From: the human T2T-CHM13v2.0 reference genome, Homo sapiens | NCBI RefSeq assembly: GCF_009914755.1 | Contig: NC_060929.1 | DNA length: 64,000 nt | Reading direction: 5' to 3' (one strand) | Shown: piece after piece, positions 29,021 to 41,767 of the stretch | How the letters are laid out: every line of letters begins with the position of its first letter | How positions within the stretch are numbered: the first letter of the stretch is position 1 | The notes under the pieces: model-generated | Database searches by the model: none | What the model was told of the DNA's origin: nothing | The model's input: the letters and a program-made list of their open reading frames with translations, nothing else | Program-made: the position numbers and the translations under genes

Positions 29021-29744
29021 CAACCAAAAAAATATTTTACTGTCATACCATTTTTTTTTTTACATTCTGGAATATCTAGTATTTCCAGATTTATTTTTTT
29101 AAACTTAACTTTATAATTTTGCTTTAGAAGTTAAGTTCTACAAAAGCGAGCCAGTGCCACCAGAGGAGATTGTCACATCACCTCAGAGACTACTTGGAAA
29201 GAAAACATGAAAACACATCAAAGATCCATTTCCTTCTCAGCCTTTTCTCTTTTTAAAGAAAATAAGTCCCCAGAAGACTAAAATATGCCAATGAATAATA
29301 ACAGAAGAATTTTTCAAACCTTAAGACATTTTGGTTGAAATTAATTTTTCATGTAGACATTTAGATTATAGATAACAAAATGAATGCCTTACTGTATTAA
29401 AAGAGAAAATGAATAAAAATTTGTTAAAGTTCCCCCATCATAATCTTCTTAATAAGAAATTGTCAAGGACAGTTGAAGCCTTCAGTAAAGACATAGAGAG
29501 TTTAAGAAAACTAATTTCATCAGCCAGTGCCCTGGCCTCTAGAATCATTGCTATTAGGAATTGTTCTATTATATCATTACAGAGCCTTGTAAGTGACCAA
29601 TCCACTCCAAAGTCACAGGTCAGGTTAATAAGTTTAAGCAATTTACCAGGTCACCTCAAATAGTAAGAATAATACTGGTAATATAATAAATAATGAAAAT
29701 GTTAGTGACATCAATTCTATTCATTTTTCTAAATGCTTATTCAT

Positions 29745-29855
29745 TTAAACCGTAAAACTCACAATTTTTGCAGATAAAAAGAGGCACAGAGAATTTAAGT
29801 AAGTTGTCCAAGTCTACCTTCTTAGTAAATGTTGCAACTGAGATTCAAAAACCCA
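29745..29855 (-). mobile_element. MIR fragment
   Basis: TTTTGCAGATAAAAAGAGGCACAGAGAATTTAAGTAAGTTGTCCAAG MIR core. Confidence 0.75.
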
Positions 29856-31132
29856 AAAATTTGTTCAGTATGTAAAGGTTTGTTCAGGTTGTTCAGTAAG
29901 AATTTCTCTTATACAGTATAGGTAAAGAAAAGCTCGGCACAGTCAAGGAAAGCAGTAGACAAAGCTAAGCTTATGGGCATGAGGCGGGGAAACTGTGTAG
30001 AAAAGGACTTGACAGCATTGGAAGTTACGGGATTCATGCTACTCACAGTGTAGAGACCCAAAATTCAAAATATAGATTTCATAAACAATTGCAAATACTT
30101 GAAGACAAAGAAAGAAAATGGTCATCAACCCAGAATTCCATGCACAGACAAATCTTTCCATAAGAGTTAAGAAAAATTGACATTTTTCATTTATTTCTTT
30201 GCCTTCATTTACCAACAACCTTAAATGAAGCCAAGTTTATGATTCCAGTTTCAGTTAATTAAGGCTCAGCCCTTCTTCCTAGTTCTCTGTGGCTCTTGAC
30301 TCTGCACTCTGGGTCAGCTTTCCTCTTCCATTGAACTTGGCTCTTGTTTTCAGAAGAGTAGCAAAGATCTTCTGAGGTGTTAACAAAAGGCTTTACATCA
30401 CCCCCTTGCTTTTACCTTTACCATGTTTTCCTGATAGAAGTCTGGATCATATCTGTCTTAGAAGTCATTATTTAACTTGAGAATTGCCAGACATCTGGAG
30501 AGGGTGGGGATGAGAAAGAGTTTTATTTTCTAATTCAAGAAGCCCTGGCTTCTTTATATTTAGCTCATTTCTTTCTGTCTTATATTTCCTGCACAGCAAG
30601 AAGTAGTCAATTCTTCCTGGAAATCTTCTTCGCTAAGTTTTACAGTTCATTAAATATATATCCTGTTTTTCACAATGCAGGTTACAGCACTGCCAAATTA
30701 CCACCACTCTCTAATAAGGGTCTTCGTTCCCCAGTTTCCAGTGCACATTCTCATCTTTGTTCAATCCCTCACTGAGAGCCTCTTCCATACCTTTATACAT
30801 TTAATATTTTGCTTGGGCCCCTTCTAGATTTCACTTAACACTTTCCTTAAGCTTCTCCAGGGCTATTTAGGCTGACTTTTGGCATACAATCCAAAACGTA
30901 TGCAACATATGCCTAAAAGTTAGCAACAATCACCATTGTTTCTAGGTAGTTGATATTTGTGTTGCTTACTTTATTCCATATCATACTTGGATTAAGTTTC
31001 CATCCTTGACAGATATGCCTTTGTTGTATTGCAATTTGTTACTATACTACCTCAGCAAGGGTATAAAACCTAAGAAATGCCATAAGAAAACATATTTCAG
31101 TATTTCTGATAATTATATGTATGGCTTAAACA

Positions 31133-31410
31133 TTTTTTTCTTTTTTAGACATGGTTTCGCTCTGTTGCCCAGGCTTGAGTGCATTGGTGTGATCACTGCA
31201 GCCTCAACCTCCCAAGCTCAAGTGATCCTCTGCCTCAGCTACTTGAGTAACTGAGACCACAGGTGCACACCACCATAGTCAGATAATTTTTTATTTTTTG
31301 TAGAGATGGGGTCTTACCGTGTGCTCAGGCTTGTCTCAAACTCCTGGGTTCCAGCAATTCTCCCGCCTCAGCCTCCCGAAGTGTTGAGATTGCAGTAATG
31401 AGCCACCAGC
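31133..31410 (-). mobile_element. AluJ
   Basis: GATCACTGCAGCCTCAACCTCCCAAGCTCAAGTGATCCTC..GTCTCAAACTCCTGGG; AAACAT on both flanks. Confidence 0.93.
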
Positions 31411-31806
31411 TCAAACATCTCTTCTAATACCTCATATTGAATTCCTCTCATTGAATGTTCACAGGGAAAAATTAAAAACTTATGTGTCAGAACTAACTTG
31501 TTTATATTCCATCTAAATACTATTAGCTTTACTTTACTTTTTTATTGTTTTTAATTTGGTGCCTAAAAATTTTGATTGATAAATTTGCAACTGACTTCTG
31601 AGAACTGTGGAAAACCTTAAGGAATAACCTGTCTCCCAAATTAATCTTATTCCAGACTTTATCCAATGTTTATTTTTCATGTGCTTCAGTTTCCTGCATT
31701 TATTTGCTCTACCAACACAAGTATTTATTTTGTTCTACCCACACAATATGGCACATTGTAAACTAATTCAAGTGATTTCAGGAATGAAGTTGACTCTACA
31801 CAGAAG

Positions 31807-32280
31807 TAATACAGGAGTTATTGAGAAATAATTTTTAGGCAACTAGAGAGGGTAAAGGTTCTTGGGGGAATTTTTTAAAAAATAAAAACAGCTCTGGAAA
31901 CATTTCTTTTCTAACAGCAAGGCGGCTTGAAAACCAGGCCGGCAAGTGTTGATATGCAAATACCGACGATGAGAAACTAGGTCCACCCAACACAGCAGTT
32001 CCCACCCTCTTCTCCATGTCACCATGTGTGCCAGGTGTCATGGCTGCCTCCAGATAACACCACCAGCACGGGACATCATGGTGGCCCACATTTGCATATT
32101 AAAATCTAAGCTGGGAGGGCCAGGTTTTTCGTGGGCTACATGAATGACACACCTGGTCAAACCAATCCCCTGGGCCCTGTGCAAATAAGACACCGCCTCC
32201 TCCAGCCTCCCAATATAACCGACTATGTTTGTGCCACACACAGGGTTTTTCTCTCTCGGCTTGGAGCCCCCCTCCCTCTG
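31807..32280 (+). mobile_element. LTR9-family LTR (ERV1), 3'-truncated
   Basis: TAATACAGGAGTTATTGAGAAATAATTTTTAGGCA..CATTTGCATATTAAAA..GACACACCTGGTCAAACCAATCCCCTGGGCCC; similarity stops abruptly near 32280. Confidence 0.75.
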
Positions 32281-33000
32281 GAACAAAATTTTAGAAAAAC
32301 CTAATATACATTTTTCTGTCTTTAATGTAACAAGACAGATTTGCCACATTATCCAAGGTATTCTGTTGGGTCATTTGTTACAGGAAACATTATTATTCCA
32401 GATGCTGTTACTACTTTGCTCTACTCAAAGTCTAATGCTTCTATCTAACCTACTGCCAGAGAACAAACTTAATCAGATCTGCCTAAGTGCAAGGTGGCTT
32501 CGATGCTGTTGATTTATGTGTCTCTCAACCCTTAGTATGGTTGATTTCTGCACTGTCCCCTTGATTTAGTTGATCCAAATCAACTACCAAAGTCTCTACC
32601 CAAGCCATTATAGCTAAAGTATAGTTCAGTATTTTCTAGACTTAGATTGAAGCCCAGGGAACAGGTTATAAATATGCAGCATGCCTGGGGTCTCAACCCA
32701 AACAATGGGTTCTTAGTTGTCACATATCTGCACAAGGTGAATATTGTTTTTTATTTATGTCTGCTTTAAAAGTGAAGCTCTGCTTTTGAAATACACATCC
32801 CCCTTAAACACACACACACACATATGTATACACCACATAACCTGCAACTGAGAACGGCAAGAAGCAAGAGATGAAAGACATTTTTGATGTATTATTAACA
32901 AAATCTCTAGGCATAAGAATGCATTGGTTATTTACATGGCAAATTAGTGTCTCAGAATCACTAATTTTAATGAATAAGATACAAAGGGGAAGTTGATTTC

Positions 33001-33023
33001 ATATATATATATATATATATATA
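33001..33023. repeat. (AT)n microsatellite
   Basis: Perfect AT run. Confidence 0.95.
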
Positions 33024-34839
33024 CTATTATAAATATCTTTTAATCTGCTAATAAATTTTACACTGTGAGATTACATCAATTATGATCCATGTCTATGATC
33101 TTTTTAGCCATGTTAATTTCTTGTTCCTATTTTAATGCTAGATCTAGAGCAGTCTATGTGTGTCTGTGTGTGTGTGTATATTCTATATAAAATAATAGAG
33201 ATTGATCATATCTGATGTAATTTCACAGTGTAAAATTTATTATATTAGGAGATTAAAAGATACTTATTTTTTTTTCATTCAGCAACTTGAATTGTACCAA
33301 GAATTGTTTAGTGTTTGCTGGTACATTTTATTAGTATAGCTGTGAACCCCAAAATGTATATTTGAAAATGTCCTTGTCCCCATAGTTGTGTCAGTATCCA
33401 CACATACCAAAACATGCATTTAGCAAAAATTTTGGCATGTTAAGATTATGTATTTACAAATTCACATCACGATATTATGAAATATTAAAAGAAGATACTA
33501 AGATGTATTTATCTTTCTGTTGCCACTTTTAACACAGTACCTAGGAAAATGGAAGGCAATCCATAAAATTTTTATTTATATTAAGCAATTAGTTTTGAAA
33601 TTGCTAATTACTGCATAATATAGCTACAATCTAAGAACACGGAAGGAGCAAATTCAAAACATATAAGTAAACATTTCTCAAGGATAATAAAATATGAAAA
33701 CAGAGAAATCATCACATACTTTTAACATCTTTGTCCTCAGAATTTTGTAAATATTCTCCATCCGACAATGATTGATTTTTCACTGGCAGAGTCTCCATGG
33801 AATCTCTCATCATTTTGATGAGTTACTAGATGGAATTGTTATTTACTTCATTTGTGCAGTCAATCAGCAATGCTCATTTCTTACCCAAGTCATAATGAGC
33901 ACATTACTATTTCCACAGCAAATATTAATCAGCAGGTATTCTACTATTGTGCCAGAATACTATGTGCTAAATTGCAATGAATTATGATGCACGTTAATAA
34001 AGTAGAACCCTCCAGAGATTGTTGATATACAGTAGTTGTAATTTCACTTTTATTGATAATACATTAAATTGTATTAAGGTGAGAAATACCTTTTAAATAA
34101 ATGAAGACTTACTCTGCTTGAATAATTTCCCTTCAGAAATTAACGTGTTAATATGACCTATGTGTCACTGTCTTCTCCAATCAACTAGCATGATGGAGAT
34201 AGGAAGTGCTCACTTTATAGTCTACTACTCTCTGGCTGATAATACTTGCTGCCATGATTAAGAGATTAGTTAACATTCAACATATGTTAATTAAGTTTTT
34301 TTATTAAAATGTGTTATTGTTGCCTTTTATTCATGCTTAATACATAGTTTATTACATATAATGAACTATGGGCATATAGTAAAACCATTAGGGCTTTCCA
34401 AAAAGTCATTAAAACCTTGCACAGCTGAATTAAATTTTAAATAGTAGGATTTTTTTCCATTCACTGGCTGCTGCTTAAAATAATTATTTTTTGATATCCA
34501 GTAATTCATAAAGATGTATTATGTCAAAGGAATAAGGTACATGTGTTTTCAAAATATGTGTATGGTTTATCCTAAGAAATTCAATTAAAGATATTAGAAA
34601 TATTCTGTGATAAAAGATAAAATCATATAAATTTGCAATGATTGGTGAAGCCATTTAAATTAATGGCATAGGCACTTAGGCACACAATAGAACTCTGTTT
34701 AGAAAGATAAAATCCAGTTTTTCTTTCTACAAAATATGCTAATGCCTAGAATGTAGGCTGAAAACTTTTTGCAAATGTGCTATGCCTGTTCCCATCAAGT
34801 GAATTATTATGGTTACCAAGAGTTAACTGCCTTACCTCC

Positions 34840-35192
34840 TGATAATGTTTGGTTTTGTGTCCTTACCCAAATCTCATCTGAATTGTTATCCCCACATGTC
34901 AAAGGAGGGACCTGGTAGGAGGTGATTGGATCATGGGGGTAGTTTCCACCATGCTGTTCTCATGATAGTGAGTGAATTCTCACAAGATCGGATGGTTTTT
35001 ATAAGGGGTTTCCCCTCTTTTGCTCACATTCTTCTCCTTCCTGCCGCCCTGTGAAGAAGCACATGTTTCCACCATGACCATAAATTTCCTGAGGTCTCCC
35101 CAGCCATGTGAAACTGTGAGTCAATTAAACCTCTTTATTAATTACTCACTCTCAAGTATGTCTTTTTTGCAGTGTGAGAATGAACGATTACA
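34840..35192 (+). mobile_element. THE1D/MSTA-like solo LTR
   Basis: TGATAATGTTTGG..CCCAAATCTCATCTGAATTG..GAGGTGATTGGATCATGGGGG..CAATTAAACCTCTTT..ATTACA; TSD CCTCC/GCTCC. Confidence 0.92.
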
Positions 35193-35224
35193 GCTCCAAA
35201 TCCTCTTACATCAATGAATATAGG

Positions 35225-35600
35225 CCAGGTAATGTGGTTGAAACAAATCAACCTCCAAATCTCAGTGGCTTAACAAAACAAAAATTTACTTCTGGCTTAT
35301 TCAAAGTCTGCTGCATGTTGGGCAACACTTTAATCAACTGTCCTCTCCCAAAAATCTTGACTTCCATCATGATATCGCAAGTGGCCATCATGTCATTTAT
35401 GTAGTTTTAACATGTGACTTCAAGATTGTTGGGGAAAGGGAAGAGAAAACATGGAGAACATAGATCTCTGCTTCTTACAGGAATTTACACACTTTCTCCT
35501 ATAACCCATTATCCATAGTTAGACTCTTGGTACCAAACTAACTGCAGGGAAAGTTGGAAAATACAGGGGCATATACACACATTTGGGGAGCATTAAATGT
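35225..35600 (-). mobile_element. Old ERVL/MaLR LTR (MLT1/LTR33-like)
   Basis: CCAAATCTCAGTGGCTTAACAAAACAAAAATTTAC..CTAACTGCAGGGAAAGTTGGAAAATA. Confidence 0.55.
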
Positions 35601-36084
35601 TTCTCCTAAATTTGTGTAATTTAATCCAACTTAAATAAATTTACTAAATAGAACTGAAAATTTGAGACACAGCTATAAAAAAATGACTACCTTTAAAAAA
35701 CCTTGGTAAAGTCTAGTTGATTAAAAAAGACATACTTACTGACACATTAGGTATCAGTAAGATTTAAGTAAAAAAAAAAAAAAAAAGGAAAGATAGGAAA
35801 AGGGCAGTAAAATCTAAAAGAATGCCTTGCCAGTGATTTTAACTTTTCATTAAATTATTTTTTTAAAAAGCAAGTAGTGATACTAGGTGAATTATAGTTG
35901 TTTTGGCAAGTTTTATAAAAAGTAAGAGTCTACAGAAACTAATAAAAAGACATACTGAGAGGAAGGGCCTTGAACTTTCATTATATTCATAAATGAATAT
36001 GATTTAAGCTAAAATACAATGTTTAACGTAAATACACATTATTTTTAAAGAATAATATTATATAGAGTTAAATGGATCTCCCAT

Positions 36085-36272
36085 ATACTACTGTGTAACT
36101 TTGCCCAATTTATTTAACTTTCCATGATTCAGTTCCTCATCTATAAAGTATATCTATAAAATACATTAAAAATAGTACTCATCTCTTGAAATTGTTTTGA
36201 GGAATAAAGGAAAAAAATTGTAACATGCCTACAGAATGTAGAAATCACTGAATGCATATTAGCTACCATTTG
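36085..36272 (+). mobile_element. MIR
   Basis: CTGTGTAACTTTGCCCAATTATTTAAC..TCAGTTCCTCATCTATAAA..TTGTTTTGAGGAATAAA. Confidence 0.75.
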
Positions 36273-36348
36273 TATTATCACAAATTTAAAATGGTTGACA
36301 AACCAAATTCTAGTATGATTTCCATTAGAGAATAAACCTATATTTAAC

Positions 36349-36637
36349 TTTTTTTGAGACAAGGTCTTGCTCTGTGCCCAGGCTAAGTGCAGTGGTGCAA
36401 TCATGGCTCACTGCAGACCCTGCTTCCTGGGCTCAAGTGATCCTCCCACCTCAGCCTCCAAAGCAGCGGGGACCACAGGTGCGTGCCACCATGCGTGGCT
36501 GAGTTTTAAATATTTTTTAGTAAAGTTGGTATTTTGCCATGTTGCCCAGACTGGTCTCAAACTCTTGGGCTCAATCAATCTGACTGTCTCTGCCTCTGAA
36601 AGTGCTGGGATTATAGGTATGGGCCACAGTGCCCAGC
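36349..36637 (-). mobile_element. AluJ
   Basis: GAGACAAGGTCTTGCTCTGTGCCCAGGCT..ATCATGGCTCACTGCAG..GGGCTCAAGTGATCCTCCCACC. Confidence 0.93.
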
Positions 36638-36747
36638 ATAAATTAAAAAAATAAAATAAAATAACCTTTAGCTTTATTGCATTTCTGTGTGTATATATTT
36701 TAAAAACAAGTGGTTTAGATATTTTAGTTTTTAAATGATTTCTTTAT

Positions 36748-37178
36748 ATTTTTTAGATAAAATCTTACTCCATCACCCATGCTGGAGTGCAGTAGCATGA
36801 TTATGGCTCACTGGAGCCTTCACCCAGGCTCAAGTGATCCTCCCTTGTCAGCCTTCCAAGTAGCTGAGACCACAACAAGTATATGCCACCACCCTTGGCT
36901 TTTTTTTTTAAGTCACAAGGTCTTTTCTATGTTGTCCAGGTTGGTCTCAGACTCTTGGACAAACTCAAGTGATCCTCCCACCTTAGGTTCCCAAAGTGCT
37001 GAGATTACAGGCATGAGCCACTGCACCCACCCAGCTATTTTTTTTTTTTTTTTTAATTTCTTGTAGACAAAGGAACTTGCTTTTTGGCTCAGGCTAGTCT
37101 TTAACTCATGAGCTCAAGGCATCTTCCCACCTCAGGTTCCCCAAGTACGGAATTACAGGTGTGTCACTGAGCCTAGCC
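36748..37178 (-). mobile_element. AluJ (about 36748-37036) directly joined to a further left-monomer/FLAM-like unit (about 37038-37178)
   Basis: A dimeric Alu ending CTGCACCCACCCAGC, then poly-T and TTGTAGACAAAGG..GGCTAGTCTTTAACTC..ATTACAGGTGTGTCACTGAGCCTAGCC. Confidence 0.85.
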
Positions 37179-37231
37179 TACATTTACTTTTAATTTAGTA
37201 AATTTAACTTTATTTTGAAACACATTTTCCA

Positions 37232-37530
37232 GCTGGCTGAAATGGTTAACACCTGTAATCCCAGCACTTTGGGAACTGAGGCAGGCAGATCACTTGAGCC
37301 CAGGAGTTAGAGATAAGCCTGGGAAACACAGCAAAACCCCATCACTACAAAAAGAATACAAAAATCGGCCAGGAGTTGGTGGTGTACACCTGCAGTCCCA
37401 GATGGTCAGGAGGCTGAGGCAGGAGGATCACTTGAGCCCAGGAGGCAGATATTGCAGTGAGCTGAGATCTCACCACTGCCGTCCAGCCTGTGTGACAAAG
37501 TGAGACTGTGTCTCAACAACAACAACAAAA
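37232..37530 (+). mobile_element. AluJ
   Basis: CACCTGTAATCCCAGCACTTTGGG..GATCACTTGAGCCCAGGAG..GGAGGATCACTTGAGCCCAGG; (CAA)n tail. Confidence 0.93.
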
Positions 37531-37681
37531 ATTCAAAATAAATTCAACCTTAAAACCTTGATTGATTTATTAATTTATTTAGGATATAAATCTAAGAATT
37601 ATATATCTGATCCAAGTAAGTTAAGGTATATGTAGTAGAGTTTTTCAAGCCTAAAAATTAAGTGACATATATAAGAGCAAT

Positions 37682-38049
37682 TGATTTTAGCCCGCTGGGG
37701 CTGCTATAACAAAATACCACAGACTGGGTAGCTTAATAATACAAATTTATTTCTGAGTCCTGGAGTCTGGGATGTGCAAGACCAAAGTGTTAGCCAATTT
37801 GGTGCCTGGCATGTGTGTCCTCTTCCTGGCTTGCAGAAAGCCACCTCTCTCATATGGCAGAGTGAGGGAGAAGAGAGAGATTTTTCTTTATCTTCTTATA
37901 AGGACACAGTTCCATCATATTTGGACCTCATTTTTATGATGTCACTTAATCTTAATTACCTCCCAAATACCCAATGCCCAGGTACAGTCATTCTGGGGAT
38001 TAGGACTTCAACCAATGAATTTTGAAGCACTACAATTCAGTCTATAGCA
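37682..38049 (-). mobile_element. MLT1A-like solo LTR
   Basis: GGGCTGCTATAACAAAATACCACAGACTGGGTAGCTTAA..GGGGATTAGGACTTCAAC..ATTCAGTCTATAGCA. Confidence 0.88.
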
Positions 38050-38104
38050 ACAGTAAATAAACCCAAAGGGATACAAATGAATAAGCTTTTAGAAATAGTG
38101 ACCT

Positions 38105-41100
38105 GAGGTCTATTATCAAAAAGACAAAAGATAATCAGTGTTAGCAAGGATGTAGAGTAAAGAAGATACTGTACACTGTTGGCCGAAATGTAAATTAGTA
38201 AGGCCATTATGGAGATTCCTCAAAAAGTTAAAAATAGACATATTGTACTATTCAGCAATCCCACTTCTGTGTATACAACCACAGGAAATGAAGTCCATAT
38301 GTTAAGGAGTTATCTGCACTCCCATACTCACTACAATTCACAATAGCCAAGATATGGAATCAGCCTAAGTGTTCATATAGGTGCATGGATTTGAAAAATA
38401 AAATATATATTTCTTATATGTTAAGCCATTATTGCATTGTTATAAAGAAATATCTGAGACTAGATAATTTATAAAGAAAAGTAGTTTAACTGGCTCACAG
38501 TTTGCAGGCTTCATAGGAAGCATGGTGCTGGCATGCGCTCAAGCTTCTAGAGGAGCCTCTGGAAGCTCATAATCACAGTAAAAGGTGAAGGGGGAGCAGG
38601 TATGTAATATGATCAGAGCAGGAGCAAAAGAGAGTTGGGGAGGGAGGTGCTACACACTTTTAACTGACCAGATCTCATGAGAAATCACTCACTATTGTGA
38701 AGACAGCACCAAGGCATAAGGGATCCACCCCCATGATCCAAACACCTCTCACCAGACCCCACCTCCAGCATTAGGGACTACAATTCAACATGAGATTTGG
38801 GCAGGGACAAATATCCAAACTATATCATTCTGCCCCTGCCCCCTCTGATATCTCCTAGTCTTCTCACGTTGCAAAATAAAATTATGCCTTCTCAACAATA
38901 TAAAATCATGTCTTCTCAACAATATAAAATCATGTCTTCTCAACAATGTCCCAAATTCTTAACTCATTCTAGCATTAACTCAGAAGTCCAAAGTCCAAAG
39001 TTTCATCTGAGGCAAGGTAAGTCCCTTTCACCTATGAGCTTATAAAATCAAAAACAAGTTATTTAATTCCAAGACACAATGGTGGTGTAAGCATTCGGTA
39101 ACATTGCCATTCCATAAGAGGGAAATCAACCAAAGGAAAGGGGCTAGAGGCCTCATGAAAGCTTGAAACCCACCAGGGTAGTTATTAAATCTTAAATCTC
39201 CAAAATAATCTCCAGTGACTAAACGTACCACATTCAGGACACACTGGTGCAAGGCACGGGGTCCTAAGACCTTGGGCAGCTCCACTCCTGTGGCTTTGCA
39301 GAGTTCAGCCCCTGCAGCTGCTCTCACATTTTGTTGTGTGCCTGTGGCTTTTTCAGGCACAAATTACAAACTTCTAGTTGATCTATCGTTCTAGGACCTG
39401 GAGAACAATGATGGTGACCTCCTTTTTACTGCTTCACTAGGCAGTGCCCCGGTGGGGACTCTACTGGGGCCTCCAATCCCACATTTTCCATCTGTACTGC
39501 CTGAATAGAAGTTCTCTGTGGAAGCTCCACCATTACAGCAGGATTCCATCTGTAGACCCAGGCTTTTCCACATAACCTCTGAAATCTAGGTAGAGGCTGC
39601 TTCTTCACTTTTGCATTCTGTGCTCTTGCAAGCTTAACAATACCTGAAAGCCACCATGGCTTACTGCTTGCACCCTCTGAAGAAGCAGCCACAGTTGTAA
39701 ATGGGGCCCTTTGAGCCAAGGCTGGAGTCAGAGCAGTCAGGATGCTGGAAGCAGTGGCCCGAGGCTGTGCAGCACATCAGGCCCATGGGCCTGACCCATA
39801 AAACTGTTTCTTCCTCCTAGGACTCCAGGCCTGTGATAGGAGGGGCTGCCACAAGGGTCTCTGAAATGACTTTGAGGCCATTTTTCTACTGTCTTGGTTG
39901 TTAGCACTTGGCTCCCTTTTAGTTATGCACATATTTCTAGTAAGTGGTTGCTCCACAGCCTGCTTGAATTCTGTCCTAAGAAAGCTTTATCTTTTTCTGC
40001 ACCTGGTCAAGCTGCAAATTTTCCAAACTTTTATGCTCTGCTTCCCTTTCAAATATAAATTCCAACTTTAAGTCTTTTCTTTTTTTTTTTTCTTTATTTT
40101 TTATTTTTTATTTTTGCTTCTACATCTGAGAGTAGGCTGTTAGAAGCAGCCAGGCAATATTTTGAGCACACTGCTGCTTAGAAATTTCCTCCACCGGATA
40201 TCCTAGGTTGTCACTCTGAAGTTCAAACTTCCACAGATCCCTAGGGCATAAATAGAATGCAGCCAAGCTCTTTGCTAAGGTATAACATGAATGACGTTTG
40301 CTCCACTTCCCACTAAGTTCCTCATTTACATCTTCATTGACCTGAACTTCATGGTCCATATCACTATCAACATTTTGGCCACAACCATTTAACTGGTCTC
40401 TAAGTAGTTTCAAATTTCCCTTCATCTTTTTGTTTTATTCTGAGCCCTCCAAACTCTTCCAGTGTCTACTTGTTACCCAGTTCCAAAACCGCTTCCACAT
40501 TTTCAGGTATTTTTATAGAAATACCCCAATCCTCAGTGTCAGTTTTATTTGTGCATATGAGACCATTCTTGCATTGCTATGAAGAATACCAAAGATTGAG
40601 TAATTTATAAAGCAAAGAGGTTTAATTGGCTTACAGTTCTGCAGGCATTATAGGAAGCATGGTGCTGGCATCTGCTCAGATCCTGGGGATGCCTCAGGAA
40701 GCTCACCATCATGAGAGAAGGTGAAAGGGAAGCAGACACATCACTTGGCCAGAGCAGCAACAAGAGAGAGTTGGAGAGGAAGGTGCCACATACTTTTTCA
40801 TGACCAGATCCTGAAAGAACTCACTCACTATCATGAAGACAGCACCAAGCCATAAGGGATCTGTCCCCAGACCTAAATACCTCCCAGCAGGCCCCACTTC
40901 CAGCATTGAAGATAAAAATGTAACACGAGATTTGAGGGGCAACAAATATCCAAACTATATTACCATATAAATAAAATATTTAGTCTTTAAAAAGAAATGA
41001 ATTATTTTCAACAAAATGAATGAGCCTGGTGGACATTATGCTAAGTGAAAGAAGCCAGGCACAGAAAGACAAATACTTCATGATTTCACTTATATTTGTC

Positions 41101-41500
41101 ATCTTAAAATGTTGATGTTATACAAGCCAGAGAGTAGAATGATGGTCACCACGGTTTGAGGTGGAGCTGGGGGAATTGGGAGATGTTGGTCAAAGGGTGC
41201 AAAGTTTTGGTTAAGCAGGATGCAGAAGTTTGAGAGATGTATTGTAGACTATAGTGACTAATATAACTAACTATAGTCAGTAATAATGAATTGTGTGCTT
41301 GAAAATTGCTCATAAGGTACATCATAAATGATCTCATCACACACGCAAAATGATAAGTATGTGAGGTGATCCATATGTAAACTAGCGTGATTTCAGCATT
41401 TCACTGTGTATACATATTTCAAAACATCACATTCTATACCAAAAGTATCTAAAATTTGTATTTGTCAATTACATGTTAATAAAGCTGAGAAAAAAATAAT
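38105..41500 (+). mobile_element. L1MA-type 3' end, split by MSTB (pieces about 38105-38416 and 40963-41500)
   Basis: CAAAAAGACAAAAGATAA..CAGCAATCCCACTTCTG..; resumes GGACATTATGCTAAGTGAAAGAAGCCAGGCACAGAAAGACAAATAC..AATAAAGCTG plus an A-rich tail. Confidence 0.88.
38417..40962 (-). mobile_element. MSTB-type complete MaLR provirus (LTR 38417-38827, internal, LTR about 40550-40962)
   Basis: Two direct LTRs sharing GGAAGCATGGTGCTGGCAT..GAAGACAGCACCAAG.CATAAGGGATC..CAAATATCCAAACTATAT, around an MST internal region. Confidence 0.94.
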
Positions 41501-41767
41501 AATTTGGAAACTCAATACATCTTCTTTCAACACTTAAGGAACAAGAAAGAAAAATCAGAGAGGAATGGCAACAAGCATTGGGTAGCACTGACATATATTG
41601 GAATCGAGTGCAACATTAATTAATAATATATATCTATCAGATGGTGGAACATAGAAGTATTTGAGATGCAACAATATTTAGACATGAAAAATGGCAGACA
41701 GTAGGAAGGCAGTTTGAATTACCTATTAAATAGCAAAGGAACGTGAAAGATTGCTTTCCTCTGCACT

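Noticed and set aside
29409-29663. Overlapping sense/antisense ORFs in unique DNA
   Set aside because: They are short, have no recognisable homology, and are expected by chance.
30230-30960. Possible MLT-internal remnant
   Set aside because: The resemblance is too weak to assign a family or boundaries without a profile search.
22310-38210. L1 ending at 22410 and L1 starting at about 38105 as one element split by a 16-kb insertion
   Set aside because: They overlap by about 100 bp of homologous L1 sequence with many differences, which suggests separate subfamilies and insertions.
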